A DNA stretch of 32,000 nucleotides. Origin: Halogeometricum borinquense DSM 11551 (GTDB taxonomy: Archaea; Halobacteriota; Halobacteria; Halobacteriales; Haloferacaceae). The stretch covers positions 990,001 to 1,022,000 of the forward strand of contig NC_014729.1 in the NCBI RefSeq assembly GCF_000172995.2. The letters are read 5' to 3'. Below the pieces are notes generated by a model that saw only the letters and a list, made by a program, of their open reading frames with translations, was not told the origin of the DNA and searched no databases. Positions 1 through 8,019 of this stretch are shown here, piece by piece (position 1 is the stretch's first letter; every line of letters begins with the position of its first letter). The position numbers were made by a program, and so were the translations under genes.

Positions 1-261
1 GGCAAACGCCGAGAGGACGGGGTCGTCCGTCTCGTCTCTCCCTAACGCCTGCGCACGAAGTTGCTCTAACCGTTCGCGTTGTGCCGACGGTTCGGCGGTT
101 TCCTCGGCATCTACAACTTCGTCTGCGACGCGGAAGAACGCGTAGAGAACGTACGTCGCATGCCGGACCCGTTCCGGAAGCACCCGTGTTGCGAGGTGAA
201 ACGTCTTGCCGGTTTTACGCTGAATCGCCTTGCTTTGCTGGATCTGTTCCTGTTTTACCAT
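1..261 (-). CDS. crtB: Phytoene/squalene synthase family protein, N-terminal 87 codons; the gene continues past the window start
   Basis: Manual reverse-strand translation from ATG at 261-259 is open to position 1: MVKQEQIQQSKAIQRKTGKTFHLATRVLPERVRHATYVLYAFFRVADEVVDAEETAEPSAQRERLEQLRAQALG... It shows the phytoene synthase N-terminal pattern (TF..A...LP...R.A...LYAF.R.AD..VD). It is absent from the ORF track because no stop lies in the window. Confidence 0.7.
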   Translation of the reverse strand, partial: MVKQEQIQQSKAIQRKTGKTFHLATRVLPERVRHATYVLYAFFRVADEVVDAEETAEPSAQRERLEQLRAQALGRDETDDPVLSAFA

Positions 262-453
262 TGTAGGATATCGAATGACGGCACCCTCGGAGCGATTGCA
301 ACGCGCCCACACATCTGCCAGACACTATTAACACTCGCAGTGACATAACCGTTCGTGACAAGCCTTAACTTGATACGGACCTACACCGTGGTATTCAGTC
401 AAAAACGCCGTACAATGAGTCGATCGACGGTGGCACTCCCGAAACGATTCCGG

Positions 454-591
454 CTACCAAAAAGTGTCACTGCAATCATATATCACGCCATGTGTCGGAC
501 AGACGTACTTACAGTGTCGGTGGGCCATCGACGTGCCGCAGAACGGGCACGGACGACCGGGAACCGTCTCGGTGCTCTCCGAGTCAGTCAC
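454..591 (-). CDS. Small CPxCG-type zinc-finger protein (about 45 aa)
   Basis: C-terminal part of ORF 454..738. From GTG at 591: VTDSESTETVPGRPCPFCGTSMAHRHCKYVCPTHGVIYDCSDTFW, with metal ligands CPFC...H.HC..CP.H. The upstream part of the ORF is basic and not protein-like. The start codon is uncertain. Confidence 0.4.
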   Translation of the reverse strand: MTDSESTETVPGRPCPFCGTSMAHRHCKYVCPTHGVIYDCSDTFW

Positions 592-827
592 ACAACCGGC
601 GATGAACGGGATGCGCAAGTAGATTGCTATCGGCGGCGGCCGATCCGAAACGGGGAATTCGACCCGAATTTTGAACAAGACTCTTAGGCGTTGCCGAGGA
701 GGAACGATACGGTAGTCACGTCTGTACGGTATCGCCACACAACCACACGATGTCGTGCGGTCAGTTGTGGATCCCGTTTCAGACGCCGCAAACAGTCTCG
801 CTCACGAACGACGGCCGAACACAGTCG

Positions 828-1103
828 ATGGAAAAGGCGCTCTGGTACCTGTTCGCGGGAACAAGAGGCGGTGAGAACCGCGTCCGTATCGTACACGCCC
901 TTTCGGATCGACCGATGAACGCGAATCAACTCGCCACTGAACTGAACGTGGGATACCGGACGATACGCCACCACATCGAACTGCTCGAAGAACACGATGT
1001 GGTCGAGGGCGGCGACAACGACTACGGGAAGTTGTACTTCCTTACGGACCGGTTCGAGACGTACCGAGACACCTTCGAACAAATCACGGAACACGTAGAC
1101 TGA
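828..1103 (+). CDS. ArsR-like winged helix-turn-helix transcriptional regulator
   Basis: ORF 750..1103. The conserved part begins at MEKALWYLFAGTRGGENRVRIVHALSDRPMNANQLATELNVGYRTIRHHIELLEEHDVV (HTH plus wing). An alternative start at 750 is possible. Confidence 0.8.
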   Translation: MEKALWYLFAGTRGGENRVRIVHALSDRPMNANQLATELNVGYRTIRHHIELLEEHDVVEGGDNDYGKLYFLTDRFETYRDTFEQITEHVD

Positions 1104-1399
1104 TGGCAATGGAAACAACGATTCAGGCGGCCAGTGCGCTGGCGGGAGTGAATATCCTCCTTCTGGTCGCCCTCACCGCAGTGTGGGTGAACAACTATCG
1201 AACGTTTCGGACGCCGCTCATCTTGGGTCTCGTCGCCTTCGGAGCGGCGATGCTCGCAGAGAACGCCCTCGCACTCTATTTCTTCTTCACCATGCAGAGT
1301 CTCTACTCCGGCGACCCCCACGTCCAACAGGCCGTGTTAGCCCTTCGATCCCTCCAACTGATCGCACTCGGTTTCCTGACGTATGTGACCGTGCAGTGA
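1103..1399 (+). CDS. Small membrane protein with three predicted TM helices
   Basis: ORF 1103..1399 with three hydrophobic stretches. Its ATG shares one base with the regulator TGA stop (TGATG at 1101-1105), suggesting co-translation. Confidence 0.7.
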   Translation: MAMETTIQAASALAGVNILLLVALTAVWVNNYRTFRTPLILGLVAFGAAMLAENALALYFFFTMQSLYSGDPHVQQAVLALRSLQLIALGFLTYVTVQ

Positions 1400-2057
1400 C
1401 GGCGCGCCGGACAGTCGTTTCTTGTCTCTCGTCTCGCTCCGTCTGTTCTACTTTTTCGCCCGTCTACTCAGCTGACTTTCTCGGAAAGCAGCGCGAATTA
1501 TGAACAGACTCGACACGGATCTCGAAAAACGACTTTTCCGCCGCTCTGCCTCCGTTCTCTTGGAGGAATTCGATGTCAAACCAACAGCTCTCGACGACCC
1601 GACGGGCGTTCCTCGGTGCCGCGGGCGTCGCCGCCGTCGGCGGTCTCGCACTCGGTGGGTCGGCAGTCGCACAGAACGAGGCACGTAACGGCGCGCGTCG
1701 CTACCGCGTCACTGTCACAAACCTCACGGATTACCAGCCGTTTACACCGCCAGCCGTCGCGGTCCACCGATCAGACGTTGAACTGTTCTCGGTGGGCGAG
1801 ATGGCCAACGAGGCGGTCCAACAGGTCGCAGAGAACGGTAATCTCGGGCCGTTCTCGGAACTCGTGGATTCGACGGACGCCATCCGTGGTTCCGCTGTCG
1901 GGAGTGGCCCGCTCGTCCCCCGCACGGACCCGGGTGAAACAGACCTTCCGTACTTTGCGGAACTACACGTCTCCGCGGACGCCAGCGCCCGTTACCTGAG
2001 CTTCATCAGTATGCTCATCGCCACGAACGACGGCTTTACAGAGGTACAAGGAGAATG

Positions 2058-2078
2058 CCCCGAGGCTTGACCTCGGGG
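2058..2078 (+). repeat. Left-end subterminal hairpin (ccccgagg-cttga-cctcgggg)
   Basis: Perfect 8-bp stem with a 5-nt loop, 18 nt inside the left boundary. The loop TGA terminates the truncated spondin ORF. Confidence 0.7.
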
Positions 2079-2106
2079 TTGAATCCGACACTCCGTGAAA
2101 CAAACC

Positions 2107-2116
2107 ATTAAGTTAA
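2107..2116 (+). promoter_or_regulatory. Candidate TATA box for tnpB (attaagttaa), implying a leaderless or near-leaderless mRNA
   Basis: AT-rich element centred about 29 nt upstream of the ATG at 2141. This is the typical archaeal TATA-to-start spacing. Confidence 0.35.
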
Positions 2117-2140
2117 CACACTTCTAACCAGCAGACAGCG

Positions 2141-3367
2141 ATGGAATACAGTCACCGCTACCACGCTTACCCGACACAAGCAGTAGCGGAGCGACTGGAA
2201 TACCACATCGACGTTCATCGCCAAGCGTACAACTACACTCGGTACGAATACGAGAACGTTGACGCCGACAACATCGGGTCAGCGTACAAACACCACTACC
2301 GACTCCCCGATTGGAAAGACGAGTTCTCTGTGTTCTCCGACGTGAACTCGAAGGCTCTGCAACGAACCGTCACACGGTTCTATCAGAATCTCTCGAACCT
2401 TTCCAAAAAGAAACAGAACGGAAACAAGGTTGGGAAGTTGAAGTGGAAGTCTCCGACTGAGTACCAGAGCATGACGTATTCGCAGTCCGGCTTCGAACTC
2501 AAAAACACGAGTGGCCGACACGCGACGTTAGAACTCTCCAAAGTCGGAGATATTCGTATTCGCTACCACCGTGAAATCCATGACCAAGCAGAAATCAAGG
2601 AAGTCACCATCAAGAAGGAGACAACCGGAGAGTGGTTCGTCTCGTTCGGCCTCGAAACCGATGATGCTGACTTGCCTGAGAAACCCGACGTGGACTCGCT
2701 CAACACGAGCAACAGCGTTGGAATCGACCTCGGCATCCTCAACTACATCCACACAAGCGACGGCAAGACCGTGGACTGGCTCGACCTCGAAGACGACTAC
2801 GAGCGCCTCCGACGAGAACAGCGTAAGTTGTCTCGAAAGGAGAAAGGATCGAACAACTACGAGAAACAGCGAGTCGAAGTAGCGAAGGTGAAGCGTCATA
2901 TTCGTCGGAAGGTGCTGGACTACCAGCACAAACTCACGACGTGGCTCGTCAAGGAGTATGACGCCGTGTTCGTGGAAGACCTGAACGTCCAGTGTATGCT
3001 TCAGGACGACGGGAACGCTCGGAACAAGCAGGACGTGGCGTGGCGACAGTTCATCACCTTGCTTGAATACAAGGGAGACTTGCACGGAACGCACGTCGTT
3101 CAGGTTGATGCTCGGGGCACGACGAAAGAGTGTGCGTCGTGCGGTGTAGAGACGGCGAAACCTATCTGGGTTCGTGAGCATTCGTGTCCGGCGTGTGGGT
3201 TTGAAACGGATAGGGATGCAAACGCTTCGTTGAACGTCTTGCAGAGAGGCTTTTCTGCATTAGGGCTGGGATGGCCCGAATCAACGCCCGTGGAGACTGC
3301 GCTCCCTACGGATACTCATTCGGTATCTGCAAAGCGCGTCGTGGAAACGGGAAGCCTCGGGGCTTGA
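2141..3367 (+). CDS. tnpB: RNA-guided endonuclease TnpB (IS605 OrfB family)
   Basis: 408 aa. RuvC-I GIDLGILN, RuvC-II VFVEDLNV, zinc finger CASCG...CPACG, RuvC-III DRDANASLNV. The N-terminal HRYHAYPT...Q.YNY pattern is typical of OrfB_IS605. Confidence 0.93.
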   Translation: MEYSHRYHAYPTQAVAERLEYHIDVHRQAYNYTRYEYENVDADNIGSAYKHHYRLPDWKDEFSVFSDVNSKALQRTVTRFYQNLSNLSKKKQNGNKVGKLKWKSPTEYQSMTYSQSGFELKNTSGRHATLELSKVGDIRIRYHREIHDQAEIKEVTIKKETTGEWFVSFGLETDDADLPEKPDVDSLNTSNSVGIDLGILNYIHTSDGKTVDWLDLEDDYERLRREQRKLSRKEKGSNNYEKQRVEVAKVKRHIRRKVLDYQHKLTTWLVKEYDAVFVEDLNVQCMLQDDGNARNKQDVAWRQFITLLEYKGDLHGTHVVQVDARGTTKECASCGVETAKPIWVREHSCPACGFETDRDANASLNVLQRGFSALGLGWPESTPVETALPTDTHSVSAKRVVETGSLGA

Positions 3368-3399
3368 CCCCGAGGCGATTCACCGGTCTCGATACGGTT
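3220..3399 (+). ncRNA. Predicted TnpB omega RNA (reRNA): scaffold over the tnpB 3' end and right end, guide read from flanking DNA after 3383
   Basis: Placed by analogy with characterised IS200/IS605 TnpB systems. The region holds hairpins gatac-tcattcg-gtatc (3311-3327) and cctcgggg-cttga-ccccgagg (3355-3375). The 5' end cannot be determined from sequence, and the 3' guide would be cggtctcgatacggtt. Confidence 0.4.
3355..3375 (+). repeat. Right-end subterminal hairpin (cctcgggg-cttga-ccccgagg)
   Basis: Perfect 8-bp stem with the same CTTGA loop as the left-end hairpin but with the arms swapped. The tnpB stop codon lies in the loop. Confidence 0.7.
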
Positions 3400-3693
3400 C
3401 GACTTCCGAGCGACGTGAACGCGTCGCTGACGTACGTTGCAGCCAGCTACGACGCCGGAACGGAGAAAAACACGGAGCGGTTTGCCGACTTAGTGCCACC
3501 AGCCCAGACGCTCACCGGTCTCGACTGGGAAGGCGAAGGGACTGGAATGAGTGACCCGGACCTCGCCGAAGACGGAGTCATCACGCCACATCCGGGCATC
3601 ATGGGCGTCGGTGATCAAGATCCGGAGCGATTCGGCTGGGACGACCCCGTGGCTGCGGTACAGATCGAACGAATCGAGTGAAAAAATCGCTTC

Positions 3694-3709
3694 CGGGGCG
3701 ATAGCCCCG
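3694..3709. terminator. Hairpin between convergent genes (cggggc-gata-gccccg)
   Basis: Perfect 6-bp GC stem between the spondin 3' end (3681) and the nrdJ 3' end (3728), preceded by an A6 run (T6 on the minus strand). Confidence 0.4.
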
Positions 3710-3727
3710 ATTCGACCAGTTACCGGG

Positions 3728-6700
3728 TTAGCACTCCGACCAACCGCAGGACTCGCAGGTCTTGCAGCCTTCGGAGTAGTAGAGCGTCATGTTTCCACAG
3801 TCGGGACACTCCGGACTCTCGCCTGCGGCCAGCAGGTCGTCCATTGCGTCGTTCTCAGACTGTACGCCCGGTTCGCCGTTCGGATCGTCGGCGACGGACG
3901 CGCCGCCATCTGGCTCGGGTGCGTCGGTACCCTCAACGTCAGCCCCCGCTTCCTCTGAGACCTCCGTCAGGTTCTGCTGTTGCGGGTAGCCCTTGTCGAT
4001 TTCGCCGTCGAGGTAGCGACGCATCGCGGTGCCGATAGCGTCCGGGATGCTGTTGATCTGCTCGCCTTTGTCCCATGCGACTTTCGGGCTCCGGATGCCT
4101 TGCAGTTCGCTGGCAATCTCTTCCGGATCGACGCCCGAACGGAGCGCCGTCGAGATGGTCTTGGCGAGCGCCTCTGTGAACGAGGCGGTGAAGCCGCCGG
4201 AGTTACCGATGTTGGCGAACAGTTCGAACGGTCGTTCGTTGGCGTCCTCGTTGATGTTGACGTACAGCTTTCCGTAGCCAGTGTCGATGCGCTGGGTGAC
4301 GCCGTACAGCACGTCGGGTCGGGGCTGTTTCTTGCCGAGATCGACCTCGCCGTCGGCCGCCGCGAGCAGTCGCTCGATCTCGCCGTCGAGTGCGTTGCGG
4401 ACTTCCTCGTTTTCGAGGAAGCCTTCGATGCCGCCGAACACGTCCTCGATCTGTTCGATCAGGGTCTCTGCGGCCTCGCCCTCGTCAGCGAAGTCAGTGT
4501 TCTTTGCGCGCGTCGTCAGCACCTGCTTCGAGCGCGTGCCGTCGCGGTAGACGGTGACGCCCTTTCCGCCGTTGTTGTAGATGTAGCGGTAGACTTCGTC
4601 CATGTCCTCCTTCGAGGCGGAGTTGGGGAAGTTGCAGGTCTTCGAGATCGCCGAATCGACGCCCTTCTGACAGGCACACTGGACCGCTGCGTGGTCTTTG
4701 CCCGAGAGGTCAGAGGTGACGACGAACAGTTCGCCGATGGCGTTCGGAACCGTCTCCAGTCCCTCGACACCGTCGAACTCGTTGTTCGCCATCTGCTCTT
4801 GGGCCTCCTCTTTGACTGCGTCCACGTCGATGTCGTTCGCCTCTAAGACGCGGAGGAAGTAGTCGTCGAACTCGACCAGCATCTCGTCGCCCTGCACGTC
4901 GTCGGAGACGTTCTTGTAGTAGGCGACGTTGTAGATGGGTTCACAGCCACCCGTCGTGTTGCCGACCATCGACGTGGTGCCCGTCGGGGCGATAGTCGTC
5001 GTGTTGTGGTTGCGGATGGGGAAGCCGTCTTCCCACTCGTCGGCGTCGAGACCGGTGTGATGCTCGAACCACTCGCGGTACTCGGTCGGGTCCGCGAACT
5101 TCGAGTCGTCCCAGTCCTCGAACGTCCCGCGTTCCTCGGCAAGTTCGTGGCTGGCCCACTTCGACTGGTGGTTGATGTGGGTCATCAGCTGCCGGGCGAC
5201 TTCGTTTCCGGAGTCGGAGCCGTAGCGGATACCCAGTTGGATGTACAGTTGGGCCAGGCCCATGACACCGAGACCGATCTTTCGCATCGCACGGACCTTC
5301 TCCTCGATCTTCTCGACCGGGAAGTCCGACATCGTGACGACGTTCTCCAAGAAGCGCGTCCCGTTGTCGATGCGGTGATCGAACTCCTCCCAGTCGATGG
5401 CTTCCTCGAGGAAGGCGTCTACGGCGTCCTCGATGGAGTCGTAGTCGTCGCCGTTCTCCGCTTGCCAGACACGCCAGTCGGGCGCGTCGAGGTCGGCGAG
5501 CGTCGAGAGGTTGATGTGGCCGAGGTTGCAGGCCTCGTACTCTTCGAGCGGCTGTTCGCCACAGGGGTTCGTCGCAAGAATGCGGTGTTCGGGGTGTTTC
5601 TCGACGTCGAACGAGTGCTGCTTGTTGACGCGTTCGAGGTAGATAACGCCCGGTTCGCCGTTCTCGTATGCGCCATCGACCATCTGGTCCCACAGTTTTT
5701 CTGCGGGGACCGAGAGGACTTCGCCGACTTCGACGTGTTCGCCGAGACCGAACATCTCGTATATCTCCTTGGTCTCGGGCGTGGCGATGTGGGGTTCCTC
5801 AGTGCGCGGGTTCGTGAAGACGAACTCCTCACCGTTCTCTAGCGCCTCCATGAAGTCGTCGGTGATGCCGACAGAGATGTTGAAGTTCGAGAGGTGGCCT
5901 TCGACGGCGTTGCGGAGGTGCTTGGGGACGCGACCCTCGTCGTCGATGAGTTCACGGGCTTCCTCCAGCGCGTCAGCGAAGGAGTTGTGCGTGAAGTCGT
6001 CGGGGTCGTTCAGACGGAGCGAGTGAGCAAGAGAGACGTCCTTGTTCTTCGCGTGGATGAACTGGATCACGTCAGGGTGGCTGACGCGCATGACGCCCAT
6101 CTGCGCACCGCGGCGTGCGCCGCCCTGCGCGATGGTTTCACACATCTGGTCGTACGTCCGCATGAACGTGATCGGACCAGAGGCGATTCCGCCAGTAGAG
6201 CCGACGGCGTCACCGTACGGTCGGAGCTTCCAGAAGGCGTACCCCATCCCACCGCCGGATTGGAACACTTCCGCGGCCTCCTTGGCCGTCTGGTGGATAT
6301 CGGTGATATCGTCGCCGGGAGAATCAACGAAACAGGCAGAAAGCTGCTGGAGTTCGTCGCCAGCGTTCATCAGCGTCGGCGAGTTCGGCATGAACGACAG
6401 CGACTCCATCATATCCTGGAACGTCTCGCGCTTGTCCTTGACAGTCGTGCGGATTTCCTCGGGGAGTTCGGGGACGATGGTGTCGTAGGCGAACTTGTTA
6501 ACGTTGTAGACAGAGAGCGTCGTCTCCGCGTCGTCCTCGGCGGTAACTCCCTTGCCGAACACTTCGGCGGCGAGTTCGTCACGGCGCGGATGATCGGGTT
6601 TCAGCTGATCCGGCGTGACGGTAATCTCGACGTCCTGTCGCTCGGCCTCGTAGACCGCTTCAGCGAGCGAGATGTTCTTTGCGACGCGTGCAAACAGTTC

Positions 6701-6862
6701 CTCCTGCGTCTCCGTCAGGTCGCCGTCGGCGTTTTTGCGCAGATAGCGTGCCGGGAGAATATTGTGGTACGCGTTCGCAGTAAGTCGGTCTTCGAGCGTC
6801 TCCCCCTCAGTTCGTTTGATGGGCAGGACGAGCTCGTCCGCCGAAAGATCTGCACGACTCAT
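3728..6862 (-). CDS. nrdJ: Adenosylcobalamin-dependent ribonucleoside-diphosphate reductase, class II
   Basis: 1044 aa. RNR core motifs include MPNSPTLMNAG, LSACFV, NPCGEQPL (catalytic Cys loop), TIAPTGTTS and ISKTCNFP. The C-terminal Cys-rich tail is CPDCG...CKTCESCGWSEC. Confidence 0.95.
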   Translation of the reverse strand: MSRADLSADELVLPIKRTEGETLEDRLTANAYHNILPARYLRKNADGDLTETQEELFARVAKNISLAEAVYEAERQDVEITVTPDQLKPDHPRRDELAAEVFGKGVTAEDDAETTLSVYNVNKFAYDTIVPELPEEIRTTVKDKRETFQDMMESLSFMPNSPTLMNAGDELQQLSACFVDSPGDDITDIHQTAKEAAEVFQSGGGMGYAFWKLRPYGDAVGSTGGIASGPITFMRTYDQMCETIAQGGARRGAQMGVMRVSHPDVIQFIHAKNKDVSLAHSLRLNDPDDFTHNSFADALEEARELIDDEGRVPKHLRNAVEGHLSNFNISVGITDDFMEALENGEEFVFTNPRTEEPHIATPETKEIYEMFGLGEHVEVGEVLSVPAEKLWDQMVDGAYENGEPGVIYLERVNKQHSFDVEKHPEHRILATNPCGEQPLEEYEACNLGHINLSTLADLDAPDWRVWQAENGDDYDSIEDAVDAFLEEAIDWEEFDHRIDNGTRFLENVVTMSDFPVEKIEEKVRAMRKIGLGVMGLAQLYIQLGIRYGSDSGNEVARQLMTHINHQSKWASHELAEERGTFEDWDDSKFADPTEYREWFEHHTGLDADEWEDGFPIRNHNTTTIAPTGTTSMVGNTTGGCEPIYNVAYYKNVSDDVQGDEMLVEFDDYFLRVLEANDIDVDAVKEEAQEQMANNEFDGVEGLETVPNAIGELFVVTSDLSGKDHAAVQCACQKGVDSAISKTCNFPNSASKEDMDEVYRYIYNNGGKGVTVYRDGTRSKQVLTTRAKNTDFADEGEAAETLIEQIEDVFGGIEGFLENEEVRNALDGEIERLLAAADGEVDLGKKQPRPDVLYGVTQRIDTGYGKLYVNINEDANERPFELFANIGNSGGFTASFTEALAKTISTALRSGVDPEEIASELQGIRSPKVAWDKGEQINSIPDAIGTAMRRYLDGEIDKGYPQQQNLTEVSEEAGADVEGTDAPEPDGGASVADDPNGEPGVQSENDAMDDLLAAGESPECPDCGNMTLYYSEGCKTCESCGWSEC

Positions 6863-6960
6863 CTACTGTTCCTCCCGCCCAGCATCCCCACACTGGACGA
6901 TTTCGAATCGGGTAGCTAACTCAGTTCCGGTCATTGTAACGATGGCTTGTAATTGTGGGT

Positions 6961-6982
6961 GCGTCCGTTAAGGCTTCGGTAT
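6961..6982 (+). repeat. Direct repeat copy 1 (gcgtccgttaaggcttcggtat)
   Basis: Matches 7387-7410 (gcatccgcgttaaggcttcgatat) apart from a few mismatches or indels. The motif gcatccgcg also recurs at 6987-6995. Confidence 0.6.
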
Positions 6983-7386
6983 CGGAGCATCCGCGCCCCA
7001 ATTATCATATATATGTCATTCTGTCGGGTCGGCACCCATCGAGTCCGACAGGGCTGCGTCTAGGTATGTGCTATACACCAATAACGCTGGCTGAAGCGGA
7101 GTGAAAGTAATCTCAAAAGCAGGAAAATCAGCAGACAGCAGTACGATATCCAAGAGAACTAAAGGGGGGTTAAATCAGCGATGTAATCGTCAAAGATCGC
7201 TCTTCACCGATCTAGATTTGGGTATTTGAAGTTCATATAGTACCGACCGGCACCAATACTATCAGAATATTTATCTACATGATGATGCGAGTTAGATTCA
7301 GCCGTTAGTTCTAAATTCTGCAAAAAACCCCAGTACTTGCTTGGTAGGCCGATGCGGGCAGTTCAACGTTGATTCGCGGTTGTAAG

Positions 7387-7410
7387 CATCCGCGTTAAGG
7401 CTTCGATATT
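7387..7410 (+). repeat. Direct repeat copy 2
   Basis: See copy 1. The two copies bracket about 400 bp of AT-rich, ORF-free DNA. Confidence 0.6.
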
Positions 7411-7750
7411 CACGTCTTTGCGTCCCAAACTGTCTGCTTTCGTTCACTCTTTCAGATTGGAGTCAGTTGAGCTGATCGCAGACGTACGGACGACGTTGGA
7501 GAGCGGGCATACTCTATCGATATTTCGCATGATCGTACTGATCTCTCGGTTAAATTAGCAAATAAAGTAGATTGTACACGAGAAAAAGTGAACTGTTCTA
7601 AGATATGTTGGGTGCTATGCCGACCCAGCAAGAGACGGAACAGCGAAATCGGGGTGACAACGAGGTGCCGACAGACAGAGCGTGCATGGACCCAGCGGGT
7701 GCCGAGGAAACTCCCACAGACTTATTCACTCCGCGCGTAATATCCCGGCC

Positions 7751-7978
7751 ATGTATCCTGCACTAGCAAGTGTCCTCACGACGCTCGCAGCCCTCCCGAT
7801 GCAGTTTGGCGGTATGTTGCAGACGCCACTCGGTCAGGCGTTTGTCGTCGTCATCGCTATCGCGGCTGTCGTCCTTATCGGGCGACTCGTTCTCCGTGTC
7901 GCGTGGCGTCTTGTCACTATCGCGGCTGTCGTCATCGGCCTCCTGCTGTTGTTCTCTTTCTTCGGTCTGGGCATCTGA
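7751..7978 (+). CDS. Small membrane protein (two to three TM helices)
   Basis: ORF 7682..7978. From ATG at 7751: MYPALASVLTTLAALPMQFGGMLQTPLGQAFVVVIAIAAVVLIGRLVLRVAWRLVTIAAVVIGLLLLFSFFGLGI. Confidence 0.55.
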   Translation: MYPALASVLTTLAALPMQFGGMLQTPLGQAFVVVIAIAAVVLIGRLVLRVAWRLVTIAAVVIGLLLLFSFFGLGI

Positions 7979-8019
7979 CCGTCAGCGCGAACGGACAATC
8001 ACAACGCGGATATCCGGCC

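Larger units (their letters stand above)
2040..3383 (+). mobile_element. IS200/IS605-family element, IS1341-type (tnpB only, no tnpA), 1344 bp
   Basis: It precisely interrupts the spondin gene. The left flank ends TTTAC and the element's right terminus ends TTCAC. There are subterminal hairpins at both ends and no terminal inverted repeats or target duplication, as expected for this family. The junction is ambiguous by 2 nt because AC is present at both joints. Confidence 0.8.
1573..3681 (+). pseudogene. Tat-secreted spondin_N-domain protein gene, split by IS insertion (exons 1573-2039 and 3384-3681)
   Basis: The N-terminus has a twin-arginine signal (STTRRAFLGAAGVAAVGGLALG) followed by a spondin_N-like domain (YRVTVTNLTDYQPFTPPAVAVH...LIATNDGFT). 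The reading frame resumes at 3384 (GLDTVRLPSDVNASLTYVAASYDAG...). Joining 2039 to 3384 restores ggc ttt acc ggt ctc (GFTGL) in frame. The joined ORF is 765 nt. Confidence 0.8.

Noticed and set aside
79-687. Plus-strand ORFs 79-348, 81-266 and 355-687
   Set aside because: The first two are antisense to the crtB-like N-terminus. The third is basic and Arg-rich and overlaps the better-supported small zinc-finger ORF on the other strand.
2528-3181. 217-aa minus-strand ORF inside the IS element; considered as a possible tnpA
   Set aside because: It is antisense to tnpB, lacks the HUH and catalytic Tyr motifs of Y1 transposases, and has shadow-ORF composition. The element appears to lack tnpA.
3728-6862. 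Intein inside the 1044-aa NrdJ
   Set aside because: The RNR motifs appear in the normal order with no large unexplained insert or recognisable intein or homing-endonuclease blocks. From memory the length is typical of haloarchaeal class II RNRs. This was not checked by alignment.
5894-6919. 341-aa plus-strand ORF, plus several other ORFs of 80-290 aa on both strands within 3789-6971
   Set aside because: All overlap nrdJ, either antisense or in alternative same-strand frames. They are Arg/Val/Gly- or Arg/Ser/Pro-rich with no motifs. These are the typical shadow ORFs that arise in high-GC coding DNA.
6863-7010. Cobalamin riboswitch in the 5' region of the B12-dependent RNR
   Set aside because: I could not find the conserved B12-box (GCCACTG-type core). 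To my knowledge cobalamin riboswitches are not established in Halobacteria. A covariance-model scan would be needed to exclude one formally.
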